Assembly (NCBI GenBank): GCA_002189035.1
Contig: CM007991.1
Location: forward strand, 4,402,001-4,466,000
Direction: 5' to 3'
DNA: 64,000 nt
Origin: Utricularia gibba
Lineage: Eukaryota > Plantae > Magnoliophyta
In this document: positions 39,471 through 50,968 of the stretch, in pieces
Position numbering within the stretch: the stretch's first letter is position 1
Layout of the letters: each line of letters starts with the position of its first letter
Made by a program: the position numbers and the translations under genes
Notes under the pieces: generated by a model
Told to the model about the DNA's origin: nothing
Seen by the model: only the letters and a program-made list of their open reading frames with translations
Databases searched by the model: none

Positions 39471-39899
39471 TCAATTGATCTTCAGAAAAAAAGCGTCAAT
39501 TGACCTAGAGGCAAAAGGAACAGAAGCACTCTTCTTCTCCTTCGATTTAGTCCGATCTTTTGCGGGAATTTTATCTGACTGCTGAGGAGGGCTCGGGAGG
39601 CAATCAAGCAGAAAATCAGCCGCGGGGCGATGCCTCTTCACCGCCACCCTCAAGTCCTCTACCTTCACAGTTCGTTTCTTCTTCTCCATGGTCACACGCG
39701 CTGATTCTTCCGCCAGGAATTGGAGAAAAAGCTCCGTCGACGACGAAATAAGGAATAGCGCCTCGTTGCTGATCCTGTTAATGTCTTTGTCGAGTTTCAC
39801 AATTTTTTTCACCCTATGAAGAGGGATCAGTACCTTAATTGACTCCTCGACAGCGCCCATCGCTTCACCTCCGTCCTCTGCCATTACTTGCGGTTCCAT
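39471..39899 (-). CDS. Histone-fold protein NF-YC13 / DPB3-2-like (Pol epsilon/CHRAC subunit type), single exon, ~142 aa
   Basis: PLHRVKKIVKLDKDINRISNEALFLISSSTELFLQFLAEES..VKRHRPAADFLLDCLP..RSIDAFF closely follows recalled At5g43250. Start could be 39899 or 39884. Confidence 0.85.
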   Translation of the reverse strand: MEPQVMAEDGGEAMGAVEESIKVLIPLHRVKKIVKLDKDINRISNEALFLISSSTELFLQFLAEESARVTMEKKKRTVKVEDLRVAVKRHRPAADFLLDCLPSPPQQSDKIPAKDRTKSKEKKSASVPFASRSIDAFFLKIN

Positions 39900-40060
39900 C
39901 GTCTCTTCAGAGAGAATGGAATCTTCTTTAGTATTATTTAGCTTGGCGTCGGTAACAGCAATGGCGGGAAAAGAAGATTTCGACCTTTTGGATCGCACGA
40001 AAGCCCAAATTGCTTTCCAGTTGACCCATGCCCAACCTTACCAGCATACGCTCATCTGAA

Positions 40061-40082
40061 GGGCCCCACGCGCGCCACGTGG
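40061..40082. promoter_or_regulatory. GGGCCC (site II-like), CACGCGCG (CE3/CGCG-like) and GCCACGTGG (G-box/ABRE) cluster in the divergent promoter
   Basis: Three abutting motifs in the 382-bp gap between the NF-YC13-like and REF/SRPP start codons. Function untested. Confidence 0.5.
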
Positions 40083-40281
40083 TGAATCATCAACCGTCGC
40101 GTCTCCAGGATGTTCCCTGTCTCGCTCCTTGCACAGGCGCTGTCAGTTTTTCTTTTTTCCTGGGAAGAGAGAGGCTCTTGTTCTGTGTGACCTTCTCAGT
40201 GTCATTTTGCGTCTAAGCGCAGGCGTATCTAAGGGCTCGGAGCTGGGAGAAAGCATCGGGGGATCTTTGAAACACAAATAG

Positions 40282-41519
40282 ATGGCTGAGTCTCAGGTTC
40301 CTTTGCTACGATTCCATGAATTTTTTTTTTATGCATTTGATCTCATGACTGATTTTTTTTCCCCGATTCACGTTGAGGTGCAGGGGAATGACCAAAAGTT
40401 GAAACATTTGAATTTTGTGAGTATTCTGGCGTTAAATGCGGTAGTGTTAGTGTCGAATCTGTATGATTGCGCCAAGCAGAATTCTGGGCCATTAAAACCC
40501 TCCGTCGGAAAGGTGGAAAGCACCGTGAAGGCGGTTTTGGAGCCGGTTTACGAGAGATTCAAGGGAATTCCTAGACATTTCCTTGTTTTCCTTGACGCCA
40601 AGGTGATCTAAACTCTACTCCAATTTTTTTCTTTTTGGATATCACCGCTGCCATTTCAAAGTTCCAAGTATTCCACTATTTTGATCGTAGATTTGATGAC
40701 AGTTTGCATCTGATGTGTTTAGGTCACCTAAAACGCCAATGCAACAAAGGGGCACTGGTCTTATATTATTTGAACATAAATCTAAAAACCGAAGTAAAGA
40801 GACTTGGGAAACGGTTCAAGAATCAGTTTTGTATTCAGCTATTTCGCAATACAATTCGCTGGTTATGAACTTTTGCCTTAAGTTGTAATAGATGCACTTT
40901 TTACTTTCCAGCTGCGCTGTTTCTCTAAAGGGTTTAGTGCAACCTAAGAAAACCTTTCCAATAAGTGATGTCGGGTGCTTTGCCATTCCATTTGACATCT
41001 CCCCTTCACTGAAATCCCAGTTATTACTTTTCTCGTTTTTTGATCTAGGTAGATGCGGTGATCAGCAAGTTTGATGCGCATGCTCCTCCATCTGCAAAGA
41101 AGCTCGTCTCTGAAGCTCATACGGCCATTGTGAAGGCATCCCACGTCGCCAAACAGCTGACCGAGGAGGCTCGAGCAGATGGCCCTATGGCTGCTCTTAT
41201 CCATGCCAGACAAATTTTCAAGCAGATGGCCGTGGATCAATTGGCTGCTTCGTGGTACAAAGTGGATACATTTCCTCCCCTTCATGGAGTAACACAGCTT
41301 GCTCTCCCCACAGCTGCCTATTGGTCAGAGATGTACAATAGGTTTGTCACCGGAATGAAGACAAGAGGTTATACCATTTTCTGCTATGCCCCTCTTGTTC
41401 CTGTTGAAGAAATAGCGAAGGCGTATAACAAGCTGGAGGCAGGCGCCACCAAGAAGACGGATGCCAGGAATCTGAGCCAGAGCGAATCCAAACCTGAAAA
41501 TATGAATGCAGCAGGATGA
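40282..41519 (+). CDS. REF/SRPP family lipid-droplet-associated protein (LDAP1/SRP1, At1g67360-like), 3 exons, ~236 aa
   Basis: Exons 40282-40296, 40378 (or 40384)-40602, 41049-41519. Motifs LKHLNFV, YDCAKQNSGPLK..VESTVKAV..PVYERFK, VFLDAKVD, ALPTAAYWSEMYN, PLVPVEEIAKAY. Confidence 0.9.
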
Positions 41520-44416
41520 TGCACATAGTATATAGCACCAGGTATGCATGCTTTGATCAGGGGGCGATGCCCTTTTCCAAATCTGAAGAAGTATGCCTGC
41601 TTCTAATCCATCTTCTTGAAATCATTGGATAAGGGAAAATCAATTCTTTTCACATGTTTGATTTGGTTGGTATGATTTTATATGGATTGTACATTTTTAT
41701 TTATTGAATTCAAACTAGAAGCTTTATGTATAGATAAACATGATTTTTTAAATTATAAATTTATACCATCAATCAAACACATTTTATAATCTATCTTATA
41801 CTATTTACATAAATTATATTTCCATTTAGCTGGTCCAATATCACCGACAGGGTTGATTTTATAGCCATTATCCCTAACCGTGACTCATTGCTTGGGGCCC
41901 GCCCCGCAATCGCCCTGTGGCCCATCTAACTAATATGCCCGAGGAGCAATGACGCCATCTTCAACCCCCCTTTCATGGGTTTATTAATGCATGAGAATGA
42001 AGTTTGTTTTTTTGTTTCATAAACGTATTTTTCAATTATAACATATTTAAATGATCTTTTTTAAAAACTATTTACATATTCAAATATATTGGTAATCAAT
42101 GTTTAAAAACGTTAGATGAGTAGAATTTTGAACGTTAGGTTTAACTCGGTCACTATAAAAAACAATGTATATGTAATAGTAAGGACAGCAGGATATGGAA
42201 AAAGGTAAAAATTGAGCAAGTAAAGAAGAGGTGTGAAGTCCCTGTCGCCTTCACCTATAAAATTTAATATCGCAGCATTATTGCCACAGGCTTCCACAGT
42301 GGGATCCCAAGCCCCTTCCTTAACTTGTTCATCTTTTCATACAGATCGGCGAACCAAGATGGAAGACATTTATTGGTGGCTCTGCCTAAAAAAGCTTCTA
42401 AGAAATTGGCAAACCATGGCCATGGCTGCTGCTGCTCAGAAGCCCCAGCCCCAGCCCAGCCGAGTATCATTACACACTGGCGTGCATGGAAATGGGTTGA
42501 CAAATCCTGCTGCACTGCTTCAGGAATAAAGCCATTTTGTACTGCGGCTTTCCTTTCTATCCAATGCCAATGCAAATGCCTTGCTGCTGCTGAAAAGGCC
42601 ATCTCCAATTTGGGTACACCTACAGAGATACTACGAAATGGCGGAGAGGAGAGATGGATGGTGTGGCTGAAATTATATATTCTAAATATGTGAATCCCTA
42701 AAGTATAGACATCCATAATGAATGATATATTATGATGAAGGAAAAAGGAGACGTCCCTGGTGTGGTCTCCTTCCTTCCTACGCCATGCCATCACTCCTAC
42801 CAAGAAACGATGGCCTTTAATTGGTGTGGTGTGTTGGGGTTGGGTGCACATGGACCACGCCCTTCCCCTTCCCTTATTCCTCTGTGTCTTCTTTCCTTCT
42901 TTCTTTCATAACCCCCTCCCGCCTCCATTTATTACCCGTATCCTTCCAGTTCCATCTGGTGGTGCTGCCTCCTGCTTCCACCACCATCATCATTCCGCAC
43001 AAATCTCTACTTTTTTTTATTCCCCCTTCTGCTGTAGACTGTTTCAATAGAAATAGAATTTTACTCCTTGATTACATTCTTAGCTTACGTTTCCATCCAT
43101 GTCCACTTGTACTCTTGGCACACAACACGACCCTTCATTTTATGTTTCTTTGGTATTAGTACATCGAATTCAACTTAAATAGTTACGCATTTTGATACAA
43201 CACACAACTTTAATATGCCAAAGAAAAAGGGTGGGTAAATGATTTTTGTAATGGGCGTTTGTGTTTGTGTATCAGAACCAGAACCGAGTAGTAGATGAAT
43301 GGAACCACTCGTGCTGCCTGCTGCTTTGGTCAATCTTTTGCTTTCCTGACCTGATTTTGACCAAACGCAGGGTCGCCCGTACAATTTACCCACCCCCCCT
43401 TTTTTTTAAAAAAAAATAATTATAACAAAATGGATCGGCATGGCCTGGCCTGCATCGTCTACCCCCCCTTTCCCATCCACAGTAATTCACTGCGTGTCTG
43501 TGTGTGCAGTTGCATGGGTTTCCCTTCCGAAGGGATGTGAAAAGAAAGAAGATTTTCATGGATGGAGCGGAGCAGCGAGTCAGTCACGAAGAGGAAGAGG
43601 AAGCAGCACGAGCATAGCACGTGATGAAAAGCCGAGCCGAGCCACGCCACGCCACTGCCAGGGAATACAATGAAGATAACTAGATGCGAATCAATAATTA
43701 TAATTTTATAAAATCATCTTATCAATCCAGAAAAAAAAAAAAGAAAAGAAAAGAAGGAAGGGCTCAGTGTGTTATAATACACAATGAATGATGGCACGTT
43801 CCACTGGCGATATGAAAATATGGATCCAGGAATCAATGCTTCACTTTCCTTGTAAGAAAATGGCCAAGACACCCATGCCATGCCATGCCATGCCATGCCC
43901 CACCTTTTCATGTGGTGGATGCTACCTGCTGCCTGCTGCCTCCTGCTTATTCACACCAAGCTTCAATTATGCGCCCTATTTTCAACATATATATGTTGCT
44001 GCTGCCCTATCAATATTCTTTTTTTTTTTTTATAAAAGTTCTTCTATGTTATTGGTCTAAACCACCAACAACTAACGTCACAAGGTTTGAAATTGCACAT
44101 ATACGGCTGTTTAACTTGACCACGGGTAACACTTAACTGCAATTAGTGTTCAAAGATGATCTTTTTAGTTTACAAATTTGCGTAAAAAACCCAAATGGGT
44201 CCACCAATAAGAATAGCGGTCCAAATTCAAAGAGGATTTTTTTCCATCGGTAAAAGAAAAGAAAAAAAAAGCAGGGGAGAACAATGAATATTGATTGAAG
44301 AAGCCTACAAAAAGAGGAAGCTTCCTACTTTTTCATTGGCTTACAAAAACTAATCTAAAAAGATCAGGAAATTCAGATCCGGCCTCACGGGTTTCCGATT
44401 TCATAATTTCCGAGCC

Positions 44417-45673
44417 CTAGGCGGGTCCGCCGTCGGCGCCACCGTTGACCCATCTCTCCGACGGAGTACATTCCGTTTTATGCCGGAGCTTCCAGTCTAG
44501 AGCTTGACAAGCACGTGAACAATAATTCACGGATCCGCAGACGGAGCACCGACGGAACTCGTTTCTTCGGGTCTCGGGCCGCCCGCAGCCCGAATGAGAG
44601 CACAAAAGGAGCCCCGGATTTGGGTCCATATTATCGGGGATGGAAAACCATTCTGATAAAAACTGGTTTGCCGGGTGCGGCTCCGGCGACGGGACGTTAC
44701 ATCCGAAGTCGCTCAACAGTGGACAGCCTCCGCAGTCGTCGTCTCTAGCGCGGCGGCGGTTGGACGGTAAATTGAACCACGAAAGCGGGACCACGGCGTT
44801 GGGACAAGCGACCAAGACGTGGGCCAACTCACGCGCGTTGGCTTGGATTAGAAACCGCCGTCCCTCGGCGATGTTCCGCTTCACCCCGTAACCGTCTTGA
44901 AGGCAGTGACCGAGTTCACGGAGTGCGTCGACGTGACCAAGGACGGCGGCGCGTGCGCAGAGCGCCACCCCGGCGCGTAAATCCTTGTCGTTTTTCGACC
45001 CGCCGCTGCCGTTGAACTGGATAACAGCGAGGGAATACAGTGCCGGTGCGTGGCAATTAATCGCCGCCTTCGCCATTAGCGAAGCTCCGCTTCCCCTGTT
45101 TTGCAGGCAGTAAAAGCGAATCTGCCGCGAAAAAAAAAAAAAGGCAAGGACGTTATCAGATTTGTTTGCTTTTGCAAGTTTCCATGGAGTCCTCGATAAA
45201 GGAAATTAACCCTTTACGGGCGAAGCACGGACCATGCCCAGAGTAAAGCAGGCTTCAACATTTCCGTTGTCCCCACAGAGTTTGAGAAACCGATGGGCGG
45301 ATTCCGACCAATTTTTAGCCTTCACGGCGAACGTTTTCCGGCAACATTTTGACAAAACCATCGAACTCTGTCCCAATCCATTCAGCCTCCTGCATCTGCA
45401 TCGATGAAATCGTTTCACAATCGGATTGAAAGCATTAAAGTGAAACTGGAAACCGTACGTTATCAGAACACTGACGAAATCCGCGGGGCATCGCGCAGTG
45501 GAGCTGAGCTTGCAGAGAATATAGAGGACAAGATCGTCGGGAAGGGAATCGAGGAAATCGTGTCGCATTCCGCGGGGCTCCGGCGAGAGCCTTCGGGAAG
45601 CCAGAGGGGCCTCCACTTTCCTCCGCTTGACAACTCCAGTCTCCGAGTAAAGAATCGCATTGGTTGCTCCCAT
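44417..45673 (-). CDS. F-box protein with SEL1-like repeats and MYND zinc finger (At1g67340-like), 3 exons, ~360 aa
   Basis: Exons 45673-45459, 45395-45233, 45121-44417. F-box LDSLPDDLVLYILCKL; KNWSESAHRFLK; ALYSLAVIQFNGSGGSK; MYND CSHSGCGRPETRRNEFRRCSVCGSVNYCSRACQALDWK. Confidence 0.92.
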
Positions 45674-47299
45674 CTCGGTGACCAGGCAGACTGAAGGGCA
45701 ACAGCACCAGTATTTCTCAAGAGGCAGCGAAGGCAAGGACCAGAATTTCCATTCCTCCCTTCCGACATACGAACATATACTCACGCATACTCGAAGAAAA
45801 ATAATAATAATGATGATGATGAGGATGGCAGAATTCTCCCGAAAATCAAAAAATAGGGAAGGCCTGGGCAGGATGACCGTTTCGCCTAATTGGATTTATA
45901 TAGCCATTTGTTTTAATGCATAATTGGATACACCTCCGTCTCTCGCCCTTCAAACCTATGGGCATCAAAATCAAACCCATCCTCGATAAATAAGCCGTTT
46001 GAACTCGTCAAATAATGTGGCGTTTGGTCATTCAAAACATACATTATTCTTGTATTTTTTTTGGTAATATTAACATATAAATCAATAACAAAACTGACAA
46101 ATTGCATATAGTACGCATTGTGTTTTTAAATTCCTAAGTGACATTCTTCATCTTTGCTCTTTGAATTTCAAATGTATATCAAGTGCTATTGTGACGCTCT
46201 TTAATAGATGGAAGTTAACCTATTATTGGAATGAATTATTAAATAAATTAAATTATTGAAATTAGGTCAAATCAATATGAAATGTCAACACAGATGTGGA
46301 ATTGGATTGACCGAGAAATCCATTCACCCGTTTGACTTAATGTCATTGAAAAACACTCGTTCAAGATGGTGAGCTACAGCGATCCTATTCAAATGCATTC
46401 TCATACATGAGAATCAAGTTTGAAAACATATTGGTGATATAACAGTACTTTTATTTACTTATTTGCAAAACGACTCAATTTTCAGCATTATCACAAATGA
46501 ATATTAATACATTTAATACTTTAAATAACCATATTAATGTGCATTTTATTTATTAAAATCATTATTTAAATTTCAATAAAAATATATTATAATTTTAAAT
46601 AACCTTATATTTCATTTTTAATTTCGAAATATGTAATATGATTAATTATGTTTTTTTGTCAAAATAATAGTTATAAATATATATATCAAATATATGTTGA
46701 TAAAAATTTTAAATTTGTGTTATAAATAATGCTTAATCAACTGAGTTAAGCTTTATTGTGTTTTATAATAAAAACAACTAGTTTTACTAAAATAAATATT
46801 CACATAAAAAAATCAATCAATTAACAATTTTTCATTAAATGCCAATCAATAGATATAATTTTTATATTTTATTTTGTACATTTAAAATAGATATAAACAT
46901 TTTATAAAAAAACGTATAATTTTTTGAATAACATATATAATTTATGTTTAATTATCAATATTATAAAACATCATAATTAATATTTCTTTGTAGAATATAG
47001 TTAAAATAATCAATTTTTGAAAAAAAAATTAGATATACATTTTTTGGAATTTAAGAATGAAATATGTTAATTAAAATGATAGATTATTTTTATTGAATTT
47101 AAATGATAAATTTATTTAAAAATATAATATAGTATGTTCATTAACAATATTAAATGTAATATAAATTTAATTTGTAAATAAATTTTAAAATTATGATGTA
47201 TTACAAATGCATATATAAATATAAGGTAAATCAATAATATATTCACAAAATAAGGTACTTTGTAAATGGTATACTTATGACACAGGTAAATCCTAAATT

Positions 47300-50200
47300 C
47301 AACCCATAAGATATAGTGTGATATTGATGCGATCCTCTAAATAGTAATTGCTAGTTTGGTTGCTGGGTTTAGGTGGGTTGCGGCATCGTTTGATACATGG
47401 GTCTCATGCGGGTAAAAATAACCCGCCTCCGCTTGCTGCCTATAAATCGAGCGAGAGCCTGTCGAGCTGGGTTTAGCTAAAAGAAGAAAATTTTTTTTGA
47501 ATTAATTTAAGTAGAAATCAATACTTGACAATTTATGAGTTTGAGAGTACACGAATCTGAGGCCACGAAACCAATTTGATCCCTAGTGGTTTACATGTCG
47601 AGGTGATTTTGTCCCTATTTTTAGAGTGGTATCAATTTAATCCTTATTAAGTGGATGTAGTTTTACAATCATCCTTCAACGTTAAGTTCCATTTCACTCT
47701 GTTAAATGAAACGTTAAAAGTGTAATTTTGGCACATTTATTTGTGAAAATCATTTAAATTCAGTTTTATGATTTTCATCCCTTATACGATTGCGTCAATA
47801 GAGACTGAAAAACGCAACAGACACCTCCGATAGCAACACAGGTGAGCATTCGTTGTCGCTTTTGATCTGAATGCCGCACCGCATCGTGATTGACTGTTTG
47901 ATATTTGCTATTTTGTTTACTAGGGTTCATCAATTTGGGGGCAACTTCAACTATATTAGGAATCCTAGAACAAATACTGTTTCCTAAGTCGGGTTTATTA
48001 GAGTGGGGTGAGCCAATCTGTTAAAATTAACGAATTTTTAATAGAGAGTATTGAAGTAATACAACAATAAGAGAAAAAGAATTCAATTGGTTTCATAGTA
48101 AAAAGAGAGATTAAATAAAATCCCTTACCAAAAGTTGGGGACCAATTTGATGATTTCTTCACAAATTTGAGTCTAAGAATATATCAAAGGATAAAGATTT
48201 GATCCAAATATCATGGATGAGATAGAGATTTGAATATGATCTTAAAAGATTTGGATAAAATAGTTTATTCAAACTCAACACAAGACTTAAATCTAATATC
48301 CTATAAATATCTCACTTTATCAAGTATTAGAGACATCTTTGACCACGTTTATTTCATTTTTGTCACATTTTCATCTTTGTTTTCATATTAGAGTGCAACA
48401 TGCACATGTAAATGCTTGTAACTAAGATATGTGATGAAGCATTGCTTGTGCGAATTCCTCTACATGTGACTATTTTACTATAATATCAGATATGTAATTT
48501 GATGCTTGATTTCATTATTCACAATTTTCTTTATTAATATGCTTTTCAAAAATCTTAGATAAACATTAAGAATGTAAGAAAAGAGTTCAATTGTATATTG
48601 TTGTTAAGTCATTTGATTTAATCTATCTATGAGAGTATGAGCCATAAAAGTTAGGATTGTATGCACGAAAATTATGGACTATCACAAAATGTGAGATAAT
48701 TCTATGGTATGATTGATTTTATAATTCTAGCAAATGAGGGATGATTTACTAATTGTTGACGAGTAATACTACTTTAAAATAATATCATATAACTCACATA
48801 GACTGGTCAATTTTTGTAATTTATATGCACACATAGAGACAAGTTTATGTATGATATAAATTTGATTTAAAATCATTGTTTCTATTATTTTTAAAAATCA
48901 TTTTTCGTTTTGTTGTTTGTTTTGCATATGTTTATAGAAAACTAAAAAATAATCAATTTCTTATGGAGGTGATTATATTTATTATTTTAACGATTTATGT
49001 ATTTTTGTAGAATTACCATCTGATAGTCCCAAAATCGTCATGCAACATAGAGAAGATAAAAACACAAAGAGAGTCTCAAATCATGGAACTCATGAAGTAA
49101 ACTAGAAGAGTTAGCCTAAACGCTAAATCGATAGTTATATAAATTGGAATGAGTTTCAGGGATGGGCTAGGAGATGTAAATTAGAACGAAGACCCAAATC
49201 AGTTAAATATAGTAGAAATCACATATTAACCTATGGACAATAAATCAGTTGACATATTCTCGGCAAATCGGATATGATCCTAAATGGGATAAGAAAGAGG
49301 TACTGATAGCTTGCAACGGGTGACAAGCAACATAAATGGTTGCCGACCTACAGAGATTCAGAGTAGGTGGCTTTTACTTGTCAACAGTACCACAGACAAG
49401 ATTAGAGATATCCTATCCAACGTAGAAAGTACATGACCCATCTAGAACATGTCAATTAAGACTTCTCTATAAATATGAGCCCAAATGGAGGGGACAACCA
49501 TTGTGCATTCTGCATCCAACACATTCTTTGTAATCATCTCCTTCTTTCTTAGTAAAATTCATTTCTCCAATGAGCTTCACCAGCTATGTGGTGATTTCTA
49601 GATTAAAACTCTTGGTCTCATTTTCTTGCTTTTCATACCATTAAAACTTTAATATTCTAAATTGATAAATCAAACCATGAAAAATCGTCGGTTCATCCCT
49701 CACCTAATAGGTTCATTTCTCTTTAACTGATTTGGACCATAACACCATCATCAAAAGAGTAAGAACATGATTCATGGATGAGTGCTTGAAAAAGGTGAAG
49801 TTACTATTTGAATTCAATATGGATTTGCATGTGCTAATCCAAAAGGCTTCTCTTATCTCTCTAAGAGTACTATTGGACAAAAGAACATTTTGGTTAGTAT
49901 GGTTGTGATCATTAAACATGGTTTGGGCCTCGCACTTCCAATTCAAGCGTGACTACAACAATTCAAGTTTTATAGCATATGTGGCCTAGGTTTGAAAAGA
50001 GAAATCACGAGTTATAGAGAATATCTACTATGAGAACATACATTGAACATTTAGAAGGTATTTGCTCCTATTGGAAATTATAACCTTCATCATGGTCATC
50101 TGTTCAATCTCACATTATACAATGAGTAAAGAGTGGATTTGAATATAACCTAGCAATGATGAGAGGTCAAAACAAGGAATATGATAACACAACCTATATA

Positions 50201-50340
50201 GTTTTTATGTGAGGCTAGTGTCACATTACAATATGGGTGAAAAACGGGTTCTGGGTTGAAAGATCAAATGGGATGGGTTTGAGGAAGAACGAATATCTAT
50301 GAAGGAATAGGGTGGCCAATACCACTCCCATCGCAACTGT
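47300..50340. mobile_element. Cluster of degenerate TE remnants (MITE-like segments, an LTR-like block from ~49021, copia-RT-like scraps)
   Basis: TGATAGTCCC start and CTATAAATA at ~49468; KVFAPIG-like RT scrap near 50060. No TSD could be confirmed and boundaries are uncertain. Confidence 0.3.
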
Positions 50341-50968
50341 TACATGAAATCCTACCAAAACCAGTTTAAATATTGCAGCCAAAGTTGTCGTTCGACCATT
50401 GGGAATGTCAATCGGAAAGGGATAGATAAAGAAGAGAACACGAATTTTAGGTTTTGCAGAAGTGAAAGAAGTATGTCTGGTTCATATTGGATACTATTGT
50501 TGATGATCTACATATTTACAAACAAATATTTATTAGAGTAAATGTTATTTATTTACATGGAATTTTTACAATAGTGTGCTTTTTAAAAAGTGAAGAGTAT
50601 TAAAAAAGTTTAAAATTTCAAATATTTTGTGACTATACATAGAAAAAGTGGCATAATGTCCACGGGAGCGAATCACAGAATTGGGAAACTTGGGGCTTTC
50701 AAATGTTGCATCCAAAAAGGGAAATGGTGATATATTTCCGTTTCGTGTGGGCCATGGGCAATTTCTAAGTTTGGGCCTGGACTGTTTCTTTTTTTGCAAA
50801 CTAAACGTTATCATGCATACCAAATTTTCTGTGGGGAAAAGGATCCGTTGCCGGTAATTAGTATCGAGGGTAAGGCGCGCTGCGTTAACAACATATTCGT
50901 TCTGACTTCCGTGAGCCCTAGGTCCAAATTGGGCGGTTTCGCATTCGTCGGATTTTACAGCCATTGCT

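Noticed and set aside
42440-42530. RQCVMILGW as a DVL/RTFL peptide and TGAAGCAGTGCAGCAGGAT as miR167
   Set aside because: Spacing and residues do not fit the RTFL motif; the miR167 resemblance has several mismatches plus an indel and no star arm was found.
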